The translations under genes and the position numbers were made by a program. A stretch of 64,000 nucleotides of DNA, from positions 3,840,001 through 3,904,000 of the forward strand of contig OZ244561.1 of NCBI GenBank assembly GCA_965217585.1, in the 5' to 3' direction. Source of the stretch: Candidatus Latescibacterota bacterium (GTDB lineage: Bacteria; Latescibacterota; UBA2968; UBA8231). The number at the start of each line of letters is the position of its first letter. Positions within the stretch are counted from its first letter, which is position 1. Below the pieces are notes generated by a model, which saw only the letters and a program-made list of their open reading frames with translations, did no database searches and was not told where the DNA came from. Positions 51,384 to 61,092 of the stretch are shown here, piece by piece.

Positions 51384-51467
51384 GAACGCTTTACCGCAGA
51401 GGCCGCGCATTTTAGGCGGCGCGTTGCCTACGCGAGTATTTCCTAGGTCTTACCCTACCGAAAGGAA

Positions 51468-51818
51468 TTGACCGTGTTCGATCTTATTTCCACGGCCTAC
51501 GCCTTGGGCGGCTCACCCGCCGACGGCGACCAGCCCAACCCCATCGCCTCGCTCCTGCCCTTCGCGCTGATGTTCTTGGTTCTCTACCTCTTGCTATTGA
51601 GGCCGCAGATGAAGAAGCAGAAGAACCAACAGCGGATGGTCGACGAACTCGAAAAAAACGATGAAATCGTCACCAGCGGCGGGATCCACGGCACCATCCT
51701 CAACATCAAAGACGATATCCTCGTGGTCAAAATCGCCGACAACGTCAAGATCGAGGTCTCGCGGGCGGCCGTTTCGCGAGTAAAAAACAAAGAAGACGCC
51801 GACGGCAAGGGGAAATAG
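51468..51818 (+). CDS. yajC: Preprotein translocase subunit YajC
   Basis: YLLLLRPQMKKQK, D.IVTSGGIHG. Confidence 0.95.
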   Translation: MTVFDLISTAYALGGSPADGDQPNPIASLLPFALMFLVLYLLLLRPQMKKQKNQQRMVDELEKNDEIVTSGGIHGTILNIKDDILVVKIADNVKIEVSRAAVSRVKNKEDADGKGK

Positions 51819-52741
51819 TGAGGCTCGCGTTTATGGGAACCCCTCGTTTTGCGGTTCCCTCCTTAAAAGCCCTCGCCCAGAGCCGCCACCAGATCATCGC
51901 CGTCGTCACCAATCCCGACCGACCCCAGGGGCGGGGCCGCCAGCTCGCGAGTCCGCCCGTCAAGGAACAAGCTCTAAAGCTCGGATTAGAAGTACTGCAA
52001 CCGGCCACAGTCAAAGACCCAGCGCTAGCCGCGGCCCTAACTGCTCGTGCGCCCGATCTCTTTGTCGTCGTCGCCTTTTCAATCTTGCCCCGGCACCTAC
52101 TGGCCATTCCCCACCTCGGCTCAATCAACCTGCATCCCTCGCTCTTGCCTGCGTATCGCGGCGCGGCCCCCATTATCTGGGCGGTGGCCAACGGCGAGAA
52201 GGAGACCGGCATCACTACCTTCCAACTAAGCCCGCGCATCGACGCGGGTCACATCCTACTCCAGCGCCGCTTTGCCATCGGCTGTGACGAGACGGCCGGC
52301 GAGCTGGAGGCCCGCTTGTGCGTGGAGGGTGCTAATATGGTCGTGGAGACCGTCGATGGGCTGGAAGACGGTCGTCTCACCGGACGGCCCCAAGGTACGG
52401 ACGGCGTCAGTCGGGCCCCCAAGCTGTCCAAAGAGGACGGCCAGATTGATTGGCACCAACCGGCCGAGCGGGTCCGCAACCTCGTCCGCGGCATGAATCC
52501 CGCGCCCGGTGCCTATACCCAATGGCAGGGCAAGATGCTCAAAATACACCGGACTCAGCACGCTGCGGGCGGCGGCGCACCCGGCACCGTACTCTGCGCC
52601 GACGACCGCCGAGGTTTAACCGTGGCCTGCGGCGAGGGTGCCCTGCAACTGACCCAAGTACAACCGGCGGGCAAAGCCGCCATGGAGGGAACGGCCTTTG
52701 TGCGGGGCTACCCGATTGCGGCTGGCATGCGGCAGGGCTAG
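51818..52741 (+). CDS. fmt: Methionyl-tRNA formyltransferase
   Basis: FMGTP.FA, PDRPQGRG, NLHPSLLPAYRGAAPI, DAG, APKL.KEDG. Confidence 0.96.
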   Translation: MRLAFMGTPRFAVPSLKALAQSRHQIIAVVTNPDRPQGRGRQLASPPVKEQALKLGLEVLQPATVKDPALAAALTARAPDLFVVVAFSILPRHLLAIPHLGSINLHPSLLPAYRGAAPIIWAVANGEKETGITTFQLSPRIDAGHILLQRRFAIGCDETAGELEARLCVEGANMVVETVDGLEDGRLTGRPQGTDGVSRAPKLSKEDGQIDWHQPAERVRNLVRGMNPAPGAYTQWQGKMLKIHRTQHAAGGGAPGTVLCADDRRGLTVACGEGALQLTQVQPAGKAAMEGTAFVRGYPIAAGMRQG

Positions 52742-53189
52742 CCTGCTCCTCGCCCTGCTCGCGGGACGACCAGCCTGTGCCACAGAGGCAGAGACCGATT
52801 CGACTCGCACCGTGCGGTCCGGCCTCAGTATTGGGGCCGACACCCTGCCTTCGGCGCATGGTGCGCTCCTGCGGTCGGCCGTGCTGCCCGGCTGGGGCCA
52901 GTACTACAATGGCCGCCCCGTCAAGGGGCTGTTCTTCGGTGCTGCCAGCGCGACAGCCCTCACCGCGGTCGTGGTCGAGCATCGCCGCATCCGTTCCGCC
53001 CCCACACCCGAAGAACACCAAGATCGCACCGCCCGCCGCAACAGTCGCCTGCTCTATTTCGCACTCTCAGTCGCCTTGGCCGCCACCGACGCCTATGTCG
53101 ATGCCCACCTCGCGGACTTTGGGGCCGCGATGCAAGTGGAGATGCGACGCGGCAACGCGTGGCTTCGGCTGAAAGCGACTGTGCCTTAA
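52698..53189 (+). CDS. DUF5683-like membrane protein
   Basis: ALLRSAVLPGWGQYYNG...K, DAYVDAHL; start uncertain. Confidence 0.75.
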   Translation: MCGATRLRLACGRASLLLALLAGRPACATEAETDSTRTVRSGLSIGADTLPSAHGALLRSAVLPGWGQYYNGRPVKGLFFGAASATALTAVVVEHRRIRSAPTPEEHQDRTARRNSRLLYFALSVALAATDAYVDAHLADFGAAMQVEMRRGNAWLRLKATVP

Positions 53190-53545
53190 ATACTTTGCTC
53201 AATTCGCTCGACGCGGCGTCTCAGCAGCTTGAGGCGGTCGCGGTCGAATGCAAATGGCATACACTGTCGCGATTGGTAGGGGGTTTGGATGCGGCGGCGG
53301 CGCTCCAAGAGAACGAGCTCGCGCTCGAGTTCGACGGAGAGTCGGTCGGAGAAAAACAACAAGAGCGGGTGGGCGTTGAGCAGGCTGCCGAGCCGCGAGG
53401 TGCGGCCGTGGGCCAGCATCTGCACCCGGAAGGCGAGCTGCCGCAGGCCGCGCAAGGCGACTAGCCGTCCCAAGATCACATAGGCCGCATAGGCTAGGCA
53501 GATTAGGAAGACCCCGCAGGCCCCATATATGAAGTAGTAGAACAT
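53186..53545 (-). CDS. Hypothetical membrane-anchored protein
   Basis: N-terminal hydrophobic helix, fills the gap between convergent genes. Confidence 0.55.
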   Translation of the reverse strand: MFYYFIYGACGVFLICLAYAAYVILGRLVALRGLRQLAFRVQMLAHGRTSRLGSLLNAHPLLLFFSDRLSVELERELVLLERRRRIQTPYQSRQCMPFAFDRDRLKLLRRRVERIEQSI

Positions 53546-53723
53546 ATCGCCCCTGGCCTTGGCATCGCGCCTAAATATCTAATACGCGGCCCGATGGCTC
53601 AAGCCCATTTCCTAAGTTCTAACGGGGATAAAATGCTTGCTTAATTAGCCCCAAACAACCTACTTGAAGCGAGCGCCGCCCTTAGCGAGCTGTCAAACAA
53701 AGGCTTCCGATTTGAGGTGTCCC

Positions 53724-54275
53724 ATGAAAATTCGCCATTGTGCTTTACTCCTCCTCGCCGCGTTGTTCGCTTCCTGTGGCACCGATTCGACCAAAAGCCC
53801 CAGCGCGAATCCGCCGGCACTCTCAGCCCAACTCGACGGCCGCTACGCGCAAACCATTCGCATCGAGGAGGGCCAATTCACGGCTACCGGCCCCGGTCAA
53901 GAGGTGGTCCTCACTTTTGTGGCTCAAGGCATGGTAAACGTCAAGCAGTTTGAGTTGCGCCTAGCGATCGAGCCGGCCAATGCCTTGACCTTTGAAGGCT
54001 CTTCCTTCGCCGCGACCCAGCCCTTTCTCACCCCGCCCCTCAGCATTGAGCTGACGGAAGAGGGGCTGTGGCGCACCGGCGGCGCGAGCATTACCCAAAC
54101 CAAAAAGGGCGATGATATCCTAGGGACGCTCACGCTGAGGACCAGCGACGACTTCGACGCGGGAATGCAGGTGCAAGTGCGCGTGGCCTTCTTTTCCCTA
54201 GGACCCAGCTTCTCCGACCGCGACGATTACACGGCCGCCGACCTCAACATGGGCGTGATGATTAACGGCAGCTAA
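53724..54275 (+). CDS. Hypothetical lipoprotein (cohesin-like beta-sandwich possible)
   Basis: GAGGT RBS, MKIR + hydrophobic + FASC lipobox, beta-rich pattern including LGTLTL. Confidence 0.7.
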   Translation: MKIRHCALLLLAALFASCGTDSTKSPSANPPALSAQLDGRYAQTIRIEEGQFTATGPGQEVVLTFVAQGMVNVKQFELRLAIEPANALTFEGSSFAATQPFLTPPLSIELTEEGLWRTGGASITQTKKGDDILGTLTLRTSDDFDAGMQVQVRVAFFSLGPSFSDRDDYTAADLNMGVMINGS

Positions 54276-54285
54276 ACTCGGCTCC

Positions 54286-54315
54286 TTGACGATGTAGAGG
54301 GGGATTGCTTATCTT
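54286..54315 (+). promoter_or_regulatory. Promoter for tRNA-Ala
   Basis: TTGACG-18 nt-TATCTT, 12 nt before the tRNA. Confidence 0.5.
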
Positions 54316-54327
54316 TTTTACTCTTGT

Positions 54328-54403
54328 GGGGCTGTAGCTCAGTTGGGAGAGCGCCTGAATGGCATTCAGGAGGTCAGGGGTTCGATTCCCCTCAGCTCCA
54401 CCA
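54328..54403 (+). tRNA. tRNA-Ala (anticodon GGC)
   Basis: GGGGCTGTAGCTCAGTTGGGAGAGCG...CCTGA-ATGGCAT-TCAGG...GGTTCGATTCCC...CAGCTCCACCA; G3-U70 pair, encoded CCA. Confidence 0.97.
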
Positions 54404-54422
54404 TGATAAGCTATCAGGTAGT

Positions 54423-54459
54423 AAAGGGTTTACGACATGCCGTCGCAGACCCTTTTTTT
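54423..54459 (+). terminator. Rho-independent terminator after the tRNA
   Basis: AAAGGGTTTACGAC-ATGCC-GTCGCAGACCCTTTTTTT. Confidence 0.7.
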
Positions 54460-54538
54460 CGGATTTCTCGACCGCGAGCACGCCCTACCCCGGCTGTTTT
54501 CGCCGCACAAACTTCTCTAATAGCACGTTGAGAACGGA

Positions 54539-57500
54539 ATGGATTCAGCCCATTCACTCGACCACATCGTTCGCCTGACGTCCGAGACGGACCGTTTCAA
54601 AGAGGTCTCTGCCCGGCTTGCGGATGGGCAGAAACAAGTCCTGTTCCACGGGCTGCCTACGACCCTAGCTGCATTTCTCGCCAGTCACATCCGCACTGCC
54701 CTTGAACGCCCGGTGCTCATCGTCGCGGCCGACGAGGACCGCGCCGAGCAGTGGCGCGACGACCTCCAAGTCATCGCCGGCGAGCAGATGGTCTATTACT
54801 TCCCCGCTTGGGACGTTGGCATCTACGACCGGCAGTCCCCGGACCTCGAAATTACCAGCTTGCGCGTGGCCGCCGCCGCTCGGCTCATGCGCGGCGAACC
54901 GGCCATCGTCGTCGCCCCAGTCTCGGCCCTGCTCGATCCGCTGATCCCGCCCCATGCCCTCGAATTGGGCACGGAGGTCCTCAAGGTAGGGGAGGAACGC
55001 GACCTCGACGCGCTCTGCTCGCACTGGGTCGCCTGCGGCTTTGATCGCGTGGCGGCCATCGACGGCATTGGGCAGTTCAGCCTGCGCGGCGGCATCCTCG
55101 ACATATACCCTTTCGGCGTTGAGCATCCCTACCGCTGCGAGTTCTTCGGCGATGAAATCGAATCCATCCGCCACTTTGACGTCAGCACCCAGCGCTCGCT
55201 TAGCACCTGCGAAGAGGCTTGGGTGCTGCCGGCGCGCGAGGTGCTGCTCGATTCCCCCTTTTACGAAGATTACCTCCAGCGGATTGAGGCCGCTGGCACG
55301 GCAGAAGCCCTCGCCCCACTGAAAGATCAGCTAGAGCTAGGCGAGTCGCTCGACGGCATTGAGTGCTACACCTCCCTGCTCTACGGCCGCGACGACGGGC
55401 TTTTCGAGTATCTCAAAGAGCCGGTGCTCTTTTTGGAGGAGCGCGAGGACATCGCCGCGGCCCTCGACAAGGCCCTAGCAAAGCCACGCCAAGAGTACGA
55501 GCGGTCGCGGCAAAAAGAATCGCGGCTGCCCCCGTCGGCACTCCTGCGCGACGGGGATTGGCTCATAGCGCAGCTAGACGACCGCACCCGGCTCGAGCCA
55601 GCGCCCTTAGGCCAGCTTGATAACGCCGTCCGCTTCGAGGCCACAGAGCCGCGCGTCTTTGCCGGCGAGCGCACCCTCCTGCAGCAGGAAATCGACCGGC
55701 TCGCAACGGAGTCCTACGCCATCCACATCCGCTGCGAGACCAAGGGGCAGGCGAGCCGCTTACAAGAGATTTTCGCTGACTGCCCCGAGATCCATTTCGG
55801 GCTTGGCTCGCTGCACCGGGGCTTCAGCTTTCCGCAAGCCCAGCTAGCCCTGCTTAACGACCACGAGATCTTCAGCCGCCAGAAGCCCCGCTACCGCTAC
55901 CGCAGGTTCCGCTCAGCCAAGTCCATCGCCAACTACGGTGCCTTGCAGCGCGGCGATTTTGTCGTCCACATTGACCACGGCATTGGCCGCTACTCGGGCA
56001 TCCGCCGCCTGCGGATCGGCGGACGCGAGCACGATTTCCTCGTCGTGGTCTATCAGGACCAAGACCGCGTCTTTGTCCCCGTCGAACAACTCGACCGCCT
56101 ACGCAAATATTCCAGCGCCGATGGCGAGACACCCCTGCTCAGCAAGCTGGGCAGTGCCGCTTGGGAAAAGCTCAAGGAGCGCACGCGTGAAGAGATCTTC
56201 AAAATGGCCAGCGAACTGGTGCATCTCTACGCCGAGCGCAAGGCAAGGCCCGGCTTCGTGTTCTCAGCCGATGGCTCTCTGCACCGCGAGCTAGAGGCGG
56301 CCTTTCCCTTCCAAGAGACGCCCGACCAGTTGCGCACCATGGAAGAAGTCAAAAAGGACATGGAAACGCCGCACCCGATGGATCGCTTAGTCTGCGGCGA
56401 CGTCGGCTATGGCAAGACCGAGGTCGCCGTGCGCGCCGCCTTCAAGGCGGTCTGCGACCACAAGCAGGCCGCCGTGCTGGTGCCCACTACCATTCTCGCC
56501 GAGCAGCACTACCAGACCTTCTCGGAACGCATGGGGCACACCCCAGTGCGCGTCGAGGTGCTCAGCCGCTTCCGCTCCCCTAAGGAACAGCAGCAGATCC
56601 TTCAAGATGTCAAAAACGGCCAAGTCGATGTGATCATCGGCACCCATCGCATCCTCTCCCAGGACATCCGCTTCCGCGATTTAGGGCTCTTGGTCGTCGA
56701 TGAAGAGCAGCGCTTTGGGGTCCGCCACAAGGAGCGGCTCAAGCAGCTAAAGCGGCTCGTTGATGTGCTGACCCTGACGGCGACCCCGATCCCGCGTACC
56801 CTGCACATGTCGATGATGGGTGCTCGGGACATGTCGGTGATCAACACTCCGCCGCAGGATCGCCTGCCCATCCACACCGAGATCCTAGCTTTTGACGAGG
56901 CCCGCATCGCCGAGGCCATTCACCGCGAGGTCGAGCGCGGCGGTCAAGTTTACTTCGTCCACAACCGAGTACAGTCGATTCAGCGGCTCAAGGAATACCT
57001 GCAAGACCTCCTGCCGCAGGTGCACTTCGGCGTCGCCCATGGGCAGATGCCACCCAAGCAACTAGAGAAGGTCATGGTCGATTTCTTGGAACGAAAGTAC
57101 GACTGCTTAGTCTGCACCATGATCATTGAATCGGGTATCGACATCCCTTCGGTCAACACCATCATCGTCAACCGCGCCGACGCGCTGGGCCTGAGCCAGC
57201 TCTACCAGATCAGGGGCCGGGTCGGCCGCTCCAACGAGCGCGCCTACGCTTATCTGCTGGTACCCAAGGGCAAGAAACTGACCAAGAAGAGCCGCATGCG
57301 CCTGCGAGCCATTGAGGAATTCGCCGATTTAGGGTCTGGGTTCAACATCGCCATGCGCGATCTAGAGATTCGCGGTGCCGGCAACCTAGTGGGGGCGCAG
57401 CAACACGGATTTATCGCCGCCGTCGGCTTCGACCTCTACTGCCGCCTGTTGGACGAGGCCATGCGCGGAATCAAGGGCGAGTACTCGCCCGACAATCCCG

Positions 57501-57937
57501 AACCCGATATAAAAATTGCGGTCTCGGCTTATATTCCAGATGAGTACCTACACGACCCGGACCAAAAGATGGAGTTCTACCAGCGCTTAGCCGACGCTGG
57601 CCGCATTGTCGATCTTTTAGATATCCGCGAGGAGATGCAGGATCGCTTTGGGCGTCTGCCCCAGCCGGTGCGCTCGCTAATGCACATCATGGAAATCAAG
57701 ATCATGGCCCGCCAGCTCGGCCTCGAAAGCGTCCAGTTGGAGCAGCATCGCTTTCGCCTCGCCTTTCTGCCAGATAGGCCGATCTCACCGGCCGACATCC
57801 AGAAGATGGTGGAGCAGTGTTCTGCCCAGCTAGACTTCGACTTGGGTGAGCAGCTCAAGATCGAGGTCCAGGTGCCGGGACGCGACGAGATAGAGCGCTT
57901 GGAAAAGGCGCGCGACATCTTGGAGGAAATCCTCTGA
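54539..57937 (+). CDS. mfd: Transcription-repair coupling factor
   Basis: RGGILD, VVHIDHGIGRY, ETPDQ, GDVGYGKTE, DEEQRFG, TATPIPRTL, QIRGRVGRS, DLEIRGAGN. Confidence 0.97.
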   Translation: MDSAHSLDHIVRLTSETDRFKEVSARLADGQKQVLFHGLPTTLAAFLASHIRTALERPVLIVAADEDRAEQWRDDLQVIAGEQMVYYFPAWDVGIYDRQSPDLEITSLRVAAAARLMRGEPAIVVAPVSALLDPLIPPHALELGTEVLKVGEERDLDALCSHWVACGFDRVAAIDGIGQFSLRGGILDIYPFGVEHPYRCEFFGDEIESIRHFDVSTQRSLSTCEEAWVLPAREVLLDSPFYEDYLQRIEAAGTAEALAPLKDQLELGESLDGIECYTSLLYGRDDGLFEYLKEPVLFLEEREDIAAALDKALAKPRQEYERSRQKESRLPPSALLRDGDWLIAQLDDRTRLEPAPLGQLDNAVRFEATEPRVFAGERTLLQQEIDRLATESYAIHIRCETKGQASRLQEIFADCPEIHFGLGSLHRGFSFPQAQLALLNDHEIFSRQKPRYRYRRFRSAKSIANYGALQRGDFVVHIDHGIGRYSGIRRLRIGGREHDFLVVVYQDQDRVFVPVEQLDRLRKYSSADGETPLLSKLGSAAWEKLKERTREEIFKMASELVHLYAERKARPGFVFSADGSLHRELEAAFPFQETPDQLRTMEEVKKDMETPHPMDRLVCGDVGYGKTEVAVRAAFKAVCDHKQAAVLVPTTILAEQHYQTFSERMGHTPVRVEVLSRFRSPKEQQQILQDVKNGQVDVIIGTHRILSQDIRFRDLGLLVVDEEQRFGVRHKERLKQLKRLVDVLTLTATPIPRTLHMSMMGARDMSVINTPPQDRLPIHTEILAFDEARIAEAIHREVERGGQVYFVHNRVQSIQRLKEYLQDLLPQVHFGVAHGQMPPKQLEKVMVDFLERKYDCLVCTMIIESGIDIPSVNTIIVNRADALGLSQLYQIRGRVGRSNERAYAYLLVPKGKKLTKKSRMRLRAIEEFADLGSGFNIAMRDLEIRGAGNLVGAQQHGFIAAVGFDLYCRLLDEAMRGIKGEYSPDNPEPDIKIAVSAYIPDEYLHDPDQKMEFYQRLADAGRIVDLLDIREEMQDRFGRLPQPVRSLMHIMEIKIMARQLGLESVQLEQHRFRLAFLPDRPISPADIQKMVEQCSAQLDFDLGEQLKIEVQVPGRDEIERLEKARDILEEIL

Positions 57938-58752
57938 AAACACTGCTTGCCATCGCGCTCGCGCTTAGCCTGCTGCCGGGGTGTGAACCGTCGAACACCC
58001 GCGACATCGTCGCCCGCGTCGGAGACGCCGAACTCACGGAAAGCGAGTTTGCAAGCCAATTCGCGTCTGGCCTCGACGCCGATCTAGCCGAAGACGAGCG
58101 GGCGCAGCTCATCGAGGACTGGGTGCGCCAAGAACTGCTCTATCAGGAAGCGCTCGCCCGCGGGCTCCACCAGCAGACGCGGCTCAAAACGCTCCTAGAG
58201 CAGATGCGGCGAGACCTGCTGGTAGCGGCCCTGCTCGACGCCGAGTTCCAAGACCATGAACTCGCCTTCAGCGAGGCTGCAATCCGCCGCTATTACGACG
58301 CGCATCAAGACGATTTTCGCAGGCTTCGTCCCGAGATTAGGGCGCGGCACATCCTCCTGACCAGCCAGCGCGAGGCCAACGCCCGACGTAAAACCCTACT
58401 ACAGCGCGGCGAAAGTTTTTCCGAGGTGGCCCGCAAGTACTCGCACGATGCCGCCACCCGCAACGAGGGAGGCGAGTTGGGTTATTTCTCCGAAGTAGAA
58501 AATCCCGTGCTGTGGGCCGCGTGCCAAGATCTGCCGCTCAAGGTAATCTCCGAGCGGGTGCAGACCGAGTACGGCTACCACCTCATCCAGATCCTAGAGC
58601 GCTGCGAGGTCGGCACGGTCCGCGACCTCACGCAAGTGCGCTCCCAGATCGTCGAGGCGCTGGTGCGCGAGCATCATCAATCTCAGCTCGACCAACTCGT
58701 CGCCAAGCTCAAAAACTCCACAGACTGGGCTATCGCAGCCCCCACCCCCTGA
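57934..58752 (+). CDS. Parvulin-type peptidylprolyl isomerase lipoprotein (PrsA-like)
   Basis: ARHIL, FSEVARKYS, GGELGYF, TEYGYHLI; frame extends to CTG 57934 giving KTLLAIALALSLLPGC and IVARVG. Confidence 0.88.
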   Translation: MKTLLAIALALSLLPGCEPSNTRDIVARVGDAELTESEFASQFASGLDADLAEDERAQLIEDWVRQELLYQEALARGLHQQTRLKTLLEQMRRDLLVAALLDAEFQDHELAFSEAAIRRYYDAHQDDFRRLRPEIRARHILLTSQREANARRKTLLQRGESFSEVARKYSHDAATRNEGGELGYFSEVENPVLWAACQDLPLKVISERVQTEYGYHLIQILERCEVGTVRDLTQVRSQIVEALVREHHQSQLDQLVAKLKNSTDWAIAAPTP

Positions 58753-58754
58753 AT

Positions 58755-60089
58755 ATGCCACTGCATTCGCCAAATCGCCTGTTGTTAGCTCTCTGCCTCG
58801 CGCTGTGTATCGCGCCGAGAGCAGGGGCCTTGCCCGAACTCATCGACCGCATCGTCGCCACCGTTGACAACCACACGATCCTCTGGTCCGAGCTCAACTA
58901 CCGACTGCGCTTTGAAGCCGAGCAGCGCGGACTCTCGGTCTTTGTCGAGTCCGAGCAGATCAAGGCACTTCGCCAAGAGATCCTCGACGCCATGATCGAC
59001 GAGCAAGTACTGGTTCTCAAGGCCAAACAGGACAGCATTCAGATCGACCCTTCCGAAGTCGAGGAAATGCTCGGCCAGCAGTTTCAGCTGGCCAAGAGCA
59101 GCATGGACGACGGGCAATTCGAGCAGATGCTAGAGCGCGTGGGCTTGAGCGAGCGCCAACTCAAGGCCCGCTACCGCAAGGAAATCCGCCACCGCCTGCT
59201 CTCGCGCCAGATGCGCGCCTTTGTCTCGTACCGGGTACACGTCAGTCACCGCGACGTAGAGGAGTTCCGCATCGCTCACCAAGATACCTTGCCCTCTCAA
59301 ATCTCGCTCAGCCACATTCTGATCAAGGTCCAGCCCAGCGATGACGTGCTAAAAGAGAAACGGGCGCGGATCGAGGAGATCCAATCCCTGCTGGCCGCTG
59401 GCGGCGACTTCGCCGCAATAGCCCGCGCCCACTCTGAAGATCCCGGCAGTGCCTCTCTCGGCGGCGACTTGGGCTGTTTCTCGCCTAGGACCTTGGTACC
59501 CGAGTTTGAGGAAGCGGCCTTCGCGCTCAAACCGGGCCAGATTAGCGAGCCGGTTTTGAGTCCGTATGGCTACCACTTGATACAGGTGCGCGAAAAGCGC
59601 GAAGCCTCCATTTGCGCCAGCCATATCCTCGTCTTGGCCAAAACCTCGGAAAGCGACGAGGCTCGTGCGCGAGAAAAGCTAGAGGACTTGCGCCACCGCG
59701 CCCAGAACGGCGAGGAATTTTCCCAACTCGCCCGCCAGTATTCGGCCAACCCGCAGACGGCCATGCAGGGCGGCCTCTGGGGCACCTTCCCCAAGGAAGG
59801 GATCCCCGAATTCCTCCAGCCTTACCTCCGCGACCTCAAGCTGGGAGACGTCAGCGAACCCTTCTTTTTTGACGAGGGCGGCCATATCATCAAAGTTGAC
59901 GACGATCAAGCTGTGATCGAGGGCCTGATCCGCGAAAGCCGCACCGCAGAAGCCATGCGCCAATTAATCGACCAATACCGGCAGCAAATCCACATCGAGG
60001 TGCGGCTCGACGAGGAAAATTTGCGCCACCCAGTACGGAATGCGACTGGATATCTTCCTGAAGAACACGGGGCTGATCAAGCAGCGTAG
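58755..60089 (+). CDS. surA: SurA-like chaperone with two parvulin domains
   Basis: Signal peptide, IDRIVATV, SHILIK, SEDPGS...GGDLG, LVPEFE, SPYGYHLI. Confidence 0.85.
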   Translation: MPLHSPNRLLLALCLALCIAPRAGALPELIDRIVATVDNHTILWSELNYRLRFEAEQRGLSVFVESEQIKALRQEILDAMIDEQVLVLKAKQDSIQIDPSEVEEMLGQQFQLAKSSMDDGQFEQMLERVGLSERQLKARYRKEIRHRLLSRQMRAFVSYRVHVSHRDVEEFRIAHQDTLPSQISLSHILIKVQPSDDVLKEKRARIEEIQSLLAAGGDFAAIARAHSEDPGSASLGGDLGCFSPRTLVPEFEEAAFALKPGQISEPVLSPYGYHLIQVREKREASICASHILVLAKTSESDEARAREKLEDLRHRAQNGEEFSQLARQYSANPQTAMQGGLWGTFPKEGIPEFLQPYLRDLKLGDVSEPFFFDEGGHIIKVDDDQAVIEGLIRESRTAEAMRQLIDQYRQQIHIEVRLDEENLRHPVRNATGYLPEEHGADQAA

Positions 60090-60321
60090 TGAAGCCAAGC
60101 GGGCCTGCGACGCCGGGCGAGTCCATATCGGCGGCCAGCAGGCCAAGGCTGCGCACTCCGTGACCGTAGGCGAGCAGATACACATTGCCACGCCCACCCG
60201 CCTACTCGACATCGAGGTGCTCGGCATCCCGGAGCGCCAGCCCGCACGGCGAGACCGCCGCCGCTTTTATCGGATCCTCCGCGAGGAATACCGCGACCCG
60301 TACGAGGACCTGAGCTTTTAG
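60040..60321 (+). CDS. S4-domain RNA-binding protein (Hsp15/RqcP-like)
   Basis: MRLDIFL....LIKQRSEAKRACDAGRV...AK. Confidence 0.9.
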   Translation: MRLDIFLKNTGLIKQRSEAKRACDAGRVHIGGQQAKAAHSVTVGEQIHIATPTRLLDIEVLGIPERQPARRDRRRFYRILREEYRDPYEDLSF

Positions 60322-60331
60322 GAGGCAAGCT

Positions 60332-61090
60332 GTGGGTAGCGCAGCGCAATCGCCCTATCAAGGGCTGGCCCCCATCTACGACTATGTAATGTCCCACGTC
60401 GATTACGGCGAATGGGCCGCTTACATCCATGCACTATTCGCCCGCTTTGCCCCCGACACCACCCGCGTCGTGGATTTGGCCTGCGGCACCGGCAATGTGT
60501 CTTTTGCGCTCCACCGCCTCGGCTATGAGGTAACAGGCGTAGACCGCTCCGAGGCCATGCTGCAGATCGCGCGCGAAAAGGCCGCTGGCACCGACGTCGA
60601 GTTCGTCCAGCAGGACCTGCGCCAGCTAGGAGGCCTAGGGCCTTTTGACGCGGCCACTTGCCTGTACGACAGCATCAACTATCTGCTCGCACCAGCCGAC
60701 ATCGACGCGGCACTGCACGGCGCGCAGGCTATTGTGCAGCCGGGTGGGCTTTTTGTCTTTGACATCTGCACCGAGCGCAATTCGCTGCGCTATTTTCGCA
60801 ACATGCGCGACAGCGAACGGGGGCCGGGTTTTTCCTACGAGCGGCACAGCATCTACGATCCAGACAAGCGACTCCAGAGCAATCACTTCCGCATCCGCTG
60901 CGACGGAAGCGATGCCGCACTAGAGGAAACCCACGTCCAGCGCATCTATCCGGTCGCCGCCGTCGCCGCTCGCGTCGAGGCGAGTGCCTGGGAGTTGCTC
61001 GCGTTCTTCGACGGTTTCACCTTTGACAAGGAGACCGAGGAATCGGACCGCGTTCACTTCGTTCTACGCGCTCCGCGAGCGGAGAAATAA
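60332..61090 (+). CDS. Class I SAM-dependent methyltransferase
   Basis: YDYVM..VDY..W, VDLACGTG, GVDRSEAML, DSINYL, PGGLFVFD. Confidence 0.92.
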   Translation: MGSAAQSPYQGLAPIYDYVMSHVDYGEWAAYIHALFARFAPDTTRVVDLACGTGNVSFALHRLGYEVTGVDRSEAMLQIAREKAAGTDVEFVQQDLRQLGGLGPFDAATCLYDSINYLLAPADIDAALHGAQAIVQPGGLFVFDICTERNSLRYFRNMRDSERGPGFSYERHSIYDPDKRLQSNHFRIRCDGSDAALEETHVQRIYPVAAVAARVEASAWELLAFFDGFTFDKETEESDRVHFVLRAPRAEK

Positions 61091-61092
61091 CC

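Noticed and set aside
54328-54540. tRNA-Ala as an integration site
   Set aside because: No integrase and no duplicated tRNA 3-prime end seen; a terminator and mfd follow directly
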